A DNA stretch of 48,304 nt from a virus (Duplodnaviria; Caudoviricetes). The stretch lies in the IMG/VR virus record IMGVR_UViG_3300037424_001203, positions 1 to 48,304 of that record; one strand, written 5' to 3'. The number at the start of each line of letters is the position of its first letter. The first letter of the stretch is position 1. Positions 7,876-16,074 of this stretch are shown one piece after another. The notes under the pieces are model-generated. The model was not told the origin of the DNA and did not search any database. It saw only the letters and a list, made by a program, of their open reading frames with translations. The position numbers were made by a program, and so were the translations under genes.

Positions 7876-8502
7876 ATGCGGAAACGCTCAACCATCTGCG
7901 GGGCGCTGTGTGCGATCGCGGCGCTAGGCATTTATGCCGGCCTGACGGTACTCGCCGCCGGCACGCCACCGCGTTCGAACACAACCATCGTGATGGCCGG
8001 CGATTCGATCACTGCCCGCGCCGACTGGCAGGGCCTGACCGGATGCAGCTCGATCGAAAATATCGCGGCGCCAAACGCCACGGCCCGCGACCTGCTCGCG
8101 CTCGTCCCGGCCATTAAAGAGCGGCGTCCGGCCGCGGTGGTTGTCATGTCGGGTATCAATGATTTGTCGCTCGGCCGCGCGGCCGTCGCCACCGCCGACG
8201 ACATCATCACCTTCGCGCGGGATTTGCGCGCCGACGGCATTGACGTCGTCATCTTGAAGACTTTGCCGGTAACGGCCAAGGCCGAGTTGACCGCCCATGT
8301 CCGCTCCGCCGTCGATCGCACCAACGCTATCCTGTCCAGTGCCCCCTCGTTCGTCGTCTCGACCGATTACCTGCTCGACGAAAGCGGCTTTTTCGATCGG
8401 GACTACGCCCTGGCGGACGGTCTGCACCCGTCGCCCGCCGGCTATGCCGCCTGGGCCATCGGTCTTCGGCCGGTCATAAGGCAATTTTGCCGGCAGGATT
8501 AG
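7876..8502 (+). CDS. SGNH/GDSL hydrolase with signal peptide (moron)
   Basis: GDSIT, SGIND, DGLHP blocks; opposite strand between the fibre and lysis genes. Confidence 0.9.
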   Translation: MRKRSTICGALCAIAALGIYAGLTVLAAGTPPRSNTTIVMAGDSITARADWQGLTGCSSIENIAAPNATARDLLALVPAIKERRPAAVVVMSGINDLSLGRAAVATADDIITFARDLRADGIDVVILKTLPVTAKAELTAHVRSAVDRTNAILSSAPSFVVSTDYLLDESGFFDRDYALADGLHPSPAGYAAWAIGLRPVIRQFCRQD

Positions 8503-8504
8503 CG

Positions 8505-9920
8505 CTAGGCGCGCCCGCGGCGGTCTTTCCAGCCGAACGTTCGGATGCCGATCACCTGAGTGGCGTCGCTGCCGCGAACGCGGATTTGTCCGGAGCTGTT
8601 TGTCGGAATGCACAAGCTCGCGGCGCCGGCGGCGGCGTCCGGAATCGTGAAATTGGCAAGATCCGAGGCCGGCGTCTCGTCGGCGATCGCCAGCGCCGAC
8701 AGCAGGAAGAACGTGTTGCCGACGCCGCCGTCGACGCCGTTGACGCAGATATCGGCCTCGACCTCCAGGCCGAGTGGCACGGATAATGTCTGCGTGACGG
8801 CGGTAATGACCCCGAGCGCCGCGCTGCGGTCGCTGATCTGCGCGACGACAAAGCGATCGTCGTATTGCTTGAACGGCTTGATCGCGTCCGACACCCGCAG
8901 AATTGAACCGAGACGGCGGATATAGGCATAGGCCGAGCCGCCGGTTTCCGCCTGCCAGGCCGCCAGCACCGCGGCGATCGCCGCGCTGCTGTCGGGATCG
9001 GTGCCGGCGACGCCGGGATAGGCGTAAAGATCCCCCGTCTCGCTCGCCGCCGTCCGCCCGGCGTATAGATGATAGGTGCCGTCGGCGATCGCCGCCGCCG
9101 AATGGCGCAGACCCGCGCCGCCGCCCGCCGCCCAATCGGCGTTGAGTTGCTTGTCGGCGATCGCCGGCATCACGATGTTCACGCTGTTGGTCTGATCGCG
9201 GCAGACGCCGGCCGCGACGTCGATGCCGTTGGTGGCGTTGCTGGTGTTGTTGCTCAGCGTGCAGCGCGCGATGTGGTCCAGCGGCAAGGCCGGCGACACC
9301 GCCGCGATCGTCGCGGCCACGCCGGCCGGCGTCGCGGCGCGCGTGGTATCGGTGCCGGCAATGGTCTCGGCGTCGGTCGCCAGCTCGACGACGCCGGCTA
9401 ACGCGTCGGTCGCCGCCGGAACGTTGGCCTTGGCCTGGCCCGGAGTGTCAAAATCCCAGGTGACGGTGTCGGTGTCGGTGACGACGCGCTCGGCCGTCAG
9501 TGTGCTATTGGCGGTTTTGACCAGATAGTCGGCATTGCCCGGCGCGGCGTTGAGCAGGCTCTCAATATCGCTGAAAGTGAGATCGCTCGAATCGACGGTG
9601 ATCGGGTCGGCGGTCGTGACGACGAATTCCATGTTGCCGTTGACCGTGCCGGAATGCACCCAGACGCGGGTGCCCTTGACGATGTCGTAGGCGCCGTCGA
9701 AATCGAGCGCCCGCGTCCAGTTGCCGGTCGATACGTCGTAGACGCCGTTTTGCGACGCCGTGGTCTGGTCCTTGACCAGGACGCGGTCGTTTTCGACGCA
9801 GGCGACGCCGTCGATGGTCTGTTCGCCGGAAAGCGTGATATTGGCCGTGGTCGCCGCCCGGCACGGGCTCTTGACGGCCCGCCCTTCGGCGACCGAATAG
9901 CGGCGATCGACAACTGTCAT
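8505..9920 (-). CDS. Tail fibre / receptor-binding protein
   Basis: N-terminal ATTANITLSGEQTIDGV...DRVLVKDQT...NGVY module; AGVVELATDAET fibre repeat. Confidence 0.82.
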   Translation of the reverse strand: MTVVDRRYSVAEGRAVKSPCRAATTANITLSGEQTIDGVACVENDRVLVKDQTTASQNGVYDVSTGNWTRALDFDGAYDIVKGTRVWVHSGTVNGNMEFVVTTADPITVDSSDLTFSDIESLLNAAPGNADYLVKTANSTLTAERVVTDTDTVTWDFDTPGQAKANVPAATDALAGVVELATDAETIAGTDTTRAATPAGVAATIAAVSPALPLDHIARCTLSNNTSNATNGIDVAAGVCRDQTNSVNIVMPAIADKQLNADWAAGGGAGLRHSAAAIADGTYHLYAGRTAASETGDLYAYPGVAGTDPDSSAAIAAVLAAWQAETGGSAYAYIRRLGSILRVSDAIKPFKQYDDRFVVAQISDRSAALGVITAVTQTLSVPLGLEVEADICVNGVDGGVGNTFFLLSALAIADETPASDLANFTIPDAAAGAASLCIPTNSSGQIRVRGSDATQVIGIRTFGWKDRRGRA

Positions 9921-9945
9921 AGGGGCCTCTCAGGCAACCGGCGCG

Positions 9946-10518
9946 CTACAGGATGACGTAACCGCGTGCCGTCGGCCGGATCCGCTGTGGCGTGCGCGCC
10001 GAGGCGTAAAGTGAAAACTGAAAAGTCGGCGGCGGCGGCGTCCAGCTCGCGATAATTTCCGCCGTCACAACGGCGCGTCCTTGATGTGAAAATGCCGGCG
10101 GATCGACACCGACGCTGATGAGCCGCGGGGCGGCGACGCGCTGCGCATAAGGCTGCGTCCGCCCGACGAAGGCATAGGGCCAGGCGTTGACCGACCAGTC
10201 GCGATGATGCGCCGCCGCGATCAGCGCCTTCATGGCATGAGGTCCGCCGAGCGAGGTCGGCGGCGGCGCGACCGACTGGCCGGGAATGCCGGCGACGTTC
10301 TTGGTCGGCCCGAACGGCTGCCCGCGGCCGGGATAGGTGAAGGTCCAGGGATCCGGCTGCGCCGCGATCGCCATTTGCATCTTGAGCGCGACCGGTCCGC
10401 CGAGCGAGGTCGGCGGGTTATCGACGGCGACCGCGATCAGCGCCGGCGGCAGCACGCGCGCGGCGTGCGGCTGCGCGGCGCCGAGAAACGGCGGCGGCGG
10501 GTGATGAAAGATCGACAT
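9946..10518 (-). CDS. Pro-rich protein with ~51-aa internal repeats (tail-associated, putative)
   Basis: PPTSLGGP repeated; identical 23-bp DNA repeat at 10241-10263 and 10394-10416. Confidence 0.7.
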   Translation of the reverse strand: MSIFHHPPPPFLGAAQPHAARVLPPALIAVAVDNPPTSLGGPVALKMQMAIAAQPDPWTFTYPGRGQPFGPTKNVAGIPGQSVAPPPTSLGGPHAMKALIAAAHHRDWSVNAWPYAFVGRTQPYAQRVAAPRLISVGVDPPAFSHQGRAVVTAEIIASWTPPPPTFQFSLYASARTPQRIRPTARGYVIL

Positions 10519-10537
10519 GCCGATCCGCCGCCGGCGT

Positions 10538-10741
10538 TCAGATGCCGTCGCGCGCCGACGGCTGCAGTTCGGTGTTCCAGACGACGATTTCCCGATCGTC
10601 GTCGAGCCGCACCACCGTCTTGCCGCGCGCGACGTCGAAGGCCTCGCCGTCCTCGATGGTGACCGCGCGCACCCGCGTGCAGGGTTTGCCGTCGTGTTCC
10701 TTGGTCTGCGGATGCGAAGCGTCCGCCTGAATGATCGCCAT
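10538..10741 (-). CDS. Hypothetical protein
   Basis: GGAG RBS, co-oriented in the tail cluster. Confidence 0.65.
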   Translation of the reverse strand: MAIIQADASHPQTKEHDGKPCTRVRAVTIEDGEAFDVARGKTVVRLDDDREIVVWNTELQPSARDGI

Positions 10742-10781
10742 GTGTCGTCTCTCCGGGTTGGTCGGTTGAAAAAGCGGCGCG

Positions 10782-11270
10782 TCAGATCTCGCGGAAGATC
10801 TCGCCGAAGGCCCAGTTGGTCAGGGTCGCCGGCGCCACCGGCAGGTAAAGCCCGAGACCGGACGTGGAACCGGCCGGCATGACGCGCGTCTCGGCCGGAG
10901 TCGGCACATGCAGCCAGCCGTTGAGGACGTTGAAGGCGTCCTCGAACACCGACGTCTTGGTGCCGGCGCCCTCGGCCGAGGCGTTGATGCCGCAGGTGCC
11001 GGCGGCGCCGGCGGTGCCGCCGGCGATGACCGAGGCGTTCGGATCGGCCGGCTTGAGCTTGACCGGCGTCGACGACACCAAAGTCGGAAACGCCGTCACC
11101 TGCGTCACCAGCTGCACGCGCTGCTGCGCCGACGTCGCATTCGCCGACTGGCCGATCCAGAACCGCAAAAACTCGATGTTCATGTTCGGCGCGGCCGCCG
11201 GGTTGAGAAAAATCAGCGTGGTGGCGCCGAGGACGGTCTGACCCGCCGCCGAGATCGAAAACTCGCGCAT
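10782..11270 (-). CDS. Putative beta-rich virion structural protein
   Basis: GGAG RBS; G/A/T-rich beta-type composition; tail cluster. Confidence 0.7.
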   Translation of the reverse strand: MREFSISAAGQTVLGATTLIFLNPAAAPNMNIEFLRFWIGQSANATSAQQRVQLVTQVTAFPTLVSSTPVKLKPADPNASVIAGGTAGAAGTCGINASAEGAGTKTSVFEDAFNVLNGWLHVPTPAETRVMPAGSTSGLGLYLPVAPATLTNWAFGEIFREI

Positions 11271-11372
11271 AATTCAGGCTCCATTAATCAGGAATGCGGC
11301 GTCTCGCGACGGCGCGGGCGCCTTGCCGAAGGGCGTTTTCGAGGCATATCGCCGGCGGCAAGCCGGACGATT

Positions 11373-11675
11373 TCAGATGAAGGCGCGGCCGTTCCAGCTA
11401 CGCCAGCCGGCGGTTCCGAAGATCCGGACCTTGCCGCCGCGATATTCGATCCGGCAGGCGTGCTCGCCGGTCTTGGCGCCGTTGCGCACCACGTCATATT
11501 CAAATTCGCCGGTGCGCCAGCCGCCCTGATCGAAGCCGAGCGTCCACAGCGCGCCTTCGCCGTCGCGGATCACCAGCGCCGGCGGAATGCTGACATAGGA
11601 CTCCGTCACCGGCATGTGGGCGCCTTGCGGCCGCATGAACGGAAAGCGGCTGAACGAATAGGTCCGCGCCGTCAC
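11373..11675 (-). CDS. Hypothetical protein
   Basis: GTG start overlapping the stop of 11672..12277. Confidence 0.6.
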   Translation of the reverse strand: MTARTYSFSRFPFMRPQGAHMPVTESYVSIPPALVIRDGEGALWTLGFDQGGWRTGEFEYDVVRNGAKTGEHACRIEYRGGKVRIFGTAGWRSWNGRAFI

Positions 11676-12277
11676 GCGAGCGCATCCCGCATGATGAACT
11701 CGGGCACCAGAAGTCCGCGCCGGCGGCGCCAACCGGTAAAACCGCGGCCGATCGCCCGGCACTGCGCCAGGATCGGCCCCAGCTGGGTGTGCGGCGTGTG
11801 GGCCACGAAATCCGGGATGTCCTCGAAGAACTGCAGCTCCGCGCAGTTGCATTCGTTGCCCGGGTAGAAAACGTCCGAGGTGTGAACGTTGACCCGGTGA
11901 TATCGATATCCCGTCGACGTATCGATACCGGACAATTTGCTGACCACGGCCCCGGTCTGATCGGTGATCGCGGCGCCGCCGAGTTCGACATCGCTGGCCG
12001 CGAAATCGTCGTCCGAACCGTAGAGCGTCACGGTGATGGTCGAACTGCCGCCGCTCTCGATGCCGGTATTGTTCGGTCCGAAGAATTTGAAACCGTTGAC
12101 GATATGGCTGTTGCCTTCGCCCCAGTCCTTGCCGAGCTTGACGTCGTTGCCGTTGGCATATTCGATGCCGCCTTCGCTGACGGACTGGTCGGTGTCGCCG
12201 TCGAAGGTCGCCTCCGGCCGAATATTGAAAGTGCCGATGATGGTCCCAAGCCCGGGATCGATGAGCGTCTGCGACAC
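11672..12277 (-). CDS. Virion protein with discoidin/F5-8-like carbohydrate-binding domain
   Basis: LYGSDD...YRYHRVNV...AELQFFE pattern typical of galactose-binding-like folds. Confidence 0.65.
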   Translation of the reverse strand: MSQTLIDPGLGTIIGTFNIRPEATFDGDTDQSVSEGGIEYANGNDVKLGKDWGEGNSHIVNGFKFFGPNNTGIESGGSSTITVTLYGSDDDFAASDVELGGAAITDQTGAVVSKLSGIDTSTGYRYHRVNVHTSDVFYPGNECNCAELQFFEDIPDFVAHTPHTQLGPILAQCRAIGRGFTGWRRRRGLLVPEFIMRDALA

Positions 12278-13036
12278 CTAGTTTCTCGACACCTGCAGCG
12301 CGACCGTCGCGTTGCGCACCACCGTCGCGGCCGTCACGACCCCAACCAGCACGTCGTCTTTTGCCAGCGCGACGGTCCAGCCCGTCAAGGTGGTGTCGAT
12401 CGCCTTATCCGCCGAAGCCAAGGTCGGCGGCGCGGCGGCGCAGATGCTGTCGCCGGACCCCGGCGGATAAGCCGCTTCCGTGCTCTTGCGAATATCGACC
12501 ACCAAGGCGCCGGCGCGATCGGCGAAGGTCTTCGAGGCCTCGATCACGCAATCGAACGGCACCGGAATGATGCATTGCTGACCGACCGGGATTTCGGCGC
12601 CGCCGCCGTCGAATACGAACGGCAATTCCGACAACGGATAGACGATCAATTCCCAGACGATCAGGCTGGTGCCGAGCACCACCGGCGAGGCCGTGGTCAG
12701 CTTGTAGGTTTTTCCGGCGTTGAGCGCGCCGGCCAACACGATCACCTGTACGCCGGGCGCAAACTCGGAATTTCCGTCGGCATCGCGCGCGCGCGACCAG
12801 TTCCCCGACGACGCGTTGTAAATTCCATTCTCGGTTTGATCGGTCTGGTTCTTGACCAGCACGCGGTCGTTATCGGCGGTCGCCACGCCGTCGATCGTCG
12901 GCAGACCGGCCAGCGCGATGTTGGCCGTGGTCGCCAGCGCGACGGCGGTCTTGATCGCCAGGCCCGGATTGGGATCCGCGCCTTCGGCCGGATCGGTCCC
13001 CGAAACGACGACGCCGCGGCGGTCGACGATGGCCAT
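12278..13036 (-). CDS. Tail fibre-like protein, paralogous N-terminus to 8505..9920
   Basis: ATTANIALAGLPTIDGV...DRVLVKNQT...NGIY module. Confidence 0.78.
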   Translation of the reverse strand: MAIVDRRGVVVSGTDPAEGADPNPGLAIKTAVALATTANIALAGLPTIDGVATADNDRVLVKNQTDQTENGIYNASSGNWSRARDADGNSEFAPGVQVIVLAGALNAGKTYKLTTASPVVLGTSLIVWELIVYPLSELPFVFDGGGAEIPVGQQCIIPVPFDCVIEASKTFADRAGALVVDIRKSTEAAYPPGSGDSICAAAPPTLASADKAIDTTLTGWTVALAKDDVLVGVVTAATVVRNATVALQVSRN

Positions 13037-13046
13037 TGGCACCCCC

Positions 13047-13074
13047 AAAGAAAAAGCCGCCCCACAAGGCGGCC
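13047..13074 (-). terminator. Rho-independent terminator between ejection-protein and fibre genes
   Basis: GCCGCC/GGCGGC stem followed by TTTTTCTTT on the minus strand. Confidence 0.7.
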
Positions 13075-13113
13075 TGAAAAATTCGTCGCTCGGTCGGTCG
13101 CGCTAAAAGCGGT

Positions 13114-15804
13114 TTAAAAGCCGAGCGCCGCCGGCAGGCCCTGGCGATGCACGGTCTGCGGCTTGAGCGTGAATTCGATGCCCTGCTTGGTCTTCATCGT
13201 CGAGGTCATGCGGTCGAGATAGCCCGGGCTGATCCATTCCATCAGCTCGTAATAGATCAGGTAATCGACCGCGATCTTGGTGTAGATCATGTTGGCGTAG
13301 GGCGTGTTTTCCTTGACCGAGCGCACGCCAAGCGCGGCCGCATGGCCCTTCCACTTCTCCGGATGCGTCGCCGTGCTCCAGAGCTCCATCAGCTTGTCGA
13401 ATTGCCCGAACGTCGGACCGACCGCCGTCGCCGTCGCCGACAGGCCGAAGCGCGACCACTCGCCGACCAGGAAATCGCCGTAGATCGAGCCGGCGCCGCC
13501 GCGCGTGAAACCCGAGATCAGCGCCTGCAGCGGTTGGTTGCGCCACTGCGCGTTCGGATCCTGGCCCTTGGCCAGCGAATTGAGATAGTTCGCCAGCATG
13601 CCGAACATGGTCGAGCCGACGGCGAGCTCGACCAGGCCGGCGATGCGCCCCATGCCTTTTTCGCCGCCGTATATCTCGCGGCCCCAGACCTTGGAGATCA
13701 TCGCGGTCGGAAACTGCTTAAACTGCATGAACAGACGCAGCGCCAGGTTGAGCGGCGAACCGGCCTGCGTGCCCTGATACAAGACCGCGCGTTCGCGCGC
13801 GCCGGTCTCGATCACCGCGTAGTTGCCGCGCTCGCCGTAATAGGCCCACAGCTTGAGCGCCAGTTCGGCCTTGGTCTTCTCGACCGCGTTCGGCGCGTTC
13901 TGCAGAACATCGGGCGCGCCGCGGCCGGCGACGAATTGCGCCTGTTGCGAGATCGACCGGCCGCCCTTGAGATAGTCGGCGACATCGGCGTCGGACAGCT
14001 TGGTCGCGACGTCGGGCGTCAGGTAGGTCTGGCCTTGAATCGTGTTCCACTCGGCTTTGTTGAGCAGCGCCCATTCCTTGTCGCCGATGCCGAAGGCCTG
14101 CATGATGCGGGCTTCGGATTTGCCCAGCTCGTCGAATGTCTTGCCGCGCTGCTTGCCGAAGTAATAGGCCATGATGCGCTCGGCATCGGCGCGCTTGTTC
14201 TCGGTCATCGCCGTCATGCCGTTGATCTTGAAGAAGATGTTTTCCATCTTCGCCAGCGCGCCGGGCACGCCGTCGGCGATGTCGAAGCGCGCGGTCACGC
14301 CGCGCAGGCGGCCGAGAATGCCGGTGTGCAACAGGTCGGCGACTTCGCGCTTGGCCGAGTCGTCGGCGCCGCGCAGGTAGCCCGAGAACAGGCCGCTGTT
14401 GCGCTCGAAAAAATTGACGCCCTGATAGGCGAGCTCGCGTGAGATCGTGACGTTGTCCTGCAGCATGGCAAACGGGGTCAGCCCCAGCTTGGCCATGCGC
14501 TGTACCGCCATCCAGCCGTTGACGATGCCGGACCATGCGTTGGCGATCGGCCGGTCGGCTTCGCGCGACACCACGGCATAGAGATTGCGCAGGTAGCGTT
14601 CCTGCTTGTCGAAGGCGCGCCGCTCCGGTTTGCCGGTCACCTTGTTCTTGGCATGCGCCAAAAGCTCTTCGAAATTCTCCTTCGGCTTGGTGCCGAACGC
14701 CTTCATCAGCGCGTATTTGTCGGCCGAATACCTCATGCCATTGAGCCAGGCGTCGGTCGGCGCGAAGCGGCCGAACTCGCGCATATGTGCCAGCTGGTCC
14801 TCGGCCGACTTCCAGACGAATTCGCGTTCCGCCGAAACCTTGCGCGCGACGTTGAAGAAATACTGATCGCCGCCGGAAGGCGCCGGCGCCAGATGGTCCT
14901 CGGTCACCAGGCCGCCGAACATTTCCGACAGTTTCTTGTCGGCGTCGACGGTGGTGCCGAACATCCTGCGGGCGTCGATGCGCGGCAGCGTCTTGGCGGT
15001 CCAGGCCTGGCGCGCCTCTTCCCACAGCGCATGAAACGCGACCTTGTTCGACTCGCGCGTGGTCAGCCGCTTCATCAGGTTGCCGGCGGCCGCCAGCATC
15101 TTGTCCGGATCGTGGCTGACGGACGCGCCGAAGGCGGAATGCTCGGTGATCCAGGCGCCCTCGCCGTTCAAGGCCTGGATTTTAACCTTATCCCACTTCT
15201 GCAGGATCTTGGCGATCGCCAAGGCCGCCTCGTTCCTGGTCTTGCCCGGGCTGCCGCCGCGGCCCTTGGCTTGCTTCTCAAGCTCGACCTTCTCGATGAA
15301 GATCGCATCCTCGATCGCCTTCGAATAAAACGTCTTCTCGAGGCCGGCGAATTTCGGATCGTCGCGCTCGAGCCGGCGGATGTCGTCGACCGCACCGCCG
15401 ATCCAGTCCTTCTGCGCGCCGAGCGAGGTGGCGCCGACCGAGGCCTGGTTGCCCTGGCGCGACTTGGCGTCGAAGAACGGCGTGTTGACGCCGGCCAGGC
15501 GCGCCTCGATGCCGAGCGCATAACTGCCCCTTTCGGTGGCGGCCGCGGCGTCGACGTAAGTGCGCAGATCGCGCATCTTGAGCGCGTCCATCTGCATGGC
15601 GCGCATCTCGACCGCCCGCTTGAGCGCGACCTCCTCGAGCATTTCCTTGGCGGCGCGAAAATATTTCTCGCGCGCCGACCCGGCCGAGTCGTCGGCCTGC
15701 ATGCGCTCGTCGAGATCGTCGAGGTGATCCTCGACGAATTTGCGGTCGCGCCGATCCCGGATCGATTTCAGGATCTCGTCGAGACAGTCTTCGCGGTCGG
15801 TCAT
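13114..15804 (-). CDS. Large internal virion (DNA ejection) protein
   Basis: 896 aa, helical; last of the podovirus ejection trio; QFKQFP and GGAGSIYGDFL motifs. Confidence 0.8.
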   Translation of the reverse strand: MTDREDCLDEILKSIRDRRDRKFVEDHLDDLDERMQADDSAGSAREKYFRAAKEMLEEVALKRAVEMRAMQMDALKMRDLRTYVDAAAATERGSYALGIEARLAGVNTPFFDAKSRQGNQASVGATSLGAQKDWIGGAVDDIRRLERDDPKFAGLEKTFYSKAIEDAIFIEKVELEKQAKGRGGSPGKTRNEAALAIAKILQKWDKVKIQALNGEGAWITEHSAFGASVSHDPDKMLAAAGNLMKRLTTRESNKVAFHALWEEARQAWTAKTLPRIDARRMFGTTVDADKKLSEMFGGLVTEDHLAPAPSGGDQYFFNVARKVSAEREFVWKSAEDQLAHMREFGRFAPTDAWLNGMRYSADKYALMKAFGTKPKENFEELLAHAKNKVTGKPERRAFDKQERYLRNLYAVVSREADRPIANAWSGIVNGWMAVQRMAKLGLTPFAMLQDNVTISRELAYQGVNFFERNSGLFSGYLRGADDSAKREVADLLHTGILGRLRGVTARFDIADGVPGALAKMENIFFKINGMTAMTENKRADAERIMAYYFGKQRGKTFDELGKSEARIMQAFGIGDKEWALLNKAEWNTIQGQTYLTPDVATKLSDADVADYLKGGRSISQQAQFVAGRGAPDVLQNAPNAVEKTKAELALKLWAYYGERGNYAVIETGARERAVLYQGTQAGSPLNLALRLFMQFKQFPTAMISKVWGREIYGGEKGMGRIAGLVELAVGSTMFGMLANYLNSLAKGQDPNAQWRNQPLQALISGFTRGGAGSIYGDFLVGEWSRFGLSATATAVGPTFGQFDKLMELWSTATHPEKWKGHAAALGVRSVKENTPYANMIYTKIAVDYLIYYELMEWISPGYLDRMTSTMKTKQGIEFTLKPQTVHRQGLPAALGF

Positions 15805-15807
15805 GCG

Positions 15808-16074
15808 TCAACGCCCGTAGCCGCAAACAGCATAACCGCTGCCGTTTGCCATATGCGCCGTCGCGACAAAATCGGGATTGCCCGTAAAACCATTGTCCTT
15901 GGCTACGCGCAACACGCGACGCCGCAAACGCTCCGGGATCGCCAGAAAATCGATTTGCCGATAGGTGCCCTTTGGCAACCTCAACGCGGCTTTTTCAAAC
16001 TTAGAACCTGGAAAACGCTCCAAGCAACAAAGGGCCATTTTAGGCATTGCTTCAATCGACTTAAATTCGGTCAT
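15808..16074 (-). CDS. Small low-GC hypothetical protein inserted between ejection genes
   Basis: ATGA-coupled to 16071..18974; fills the gap exactly; AT-richer codons. Confidence 0.55.
   Translation of the reverse strand: MTEFKSIEAMPKMALCCLERFPGSKFEKAALRLPKGTYRQIDFLAIPERLRRRVLRVAKDNGFTGNPDFVATAHMANGSGYAVCGYGR

Noticed and set aside
8505-13036. Diversity-generating retroelement or invertible fibre cassette (BPP-1-like virion, duplicated fibre segments, spare recombinase)
   Set aside because: No reverse transcriptase, no adenine-specific TR/VR pair seen, all fibre genes co-oriented and no flanking inverted sites noticed
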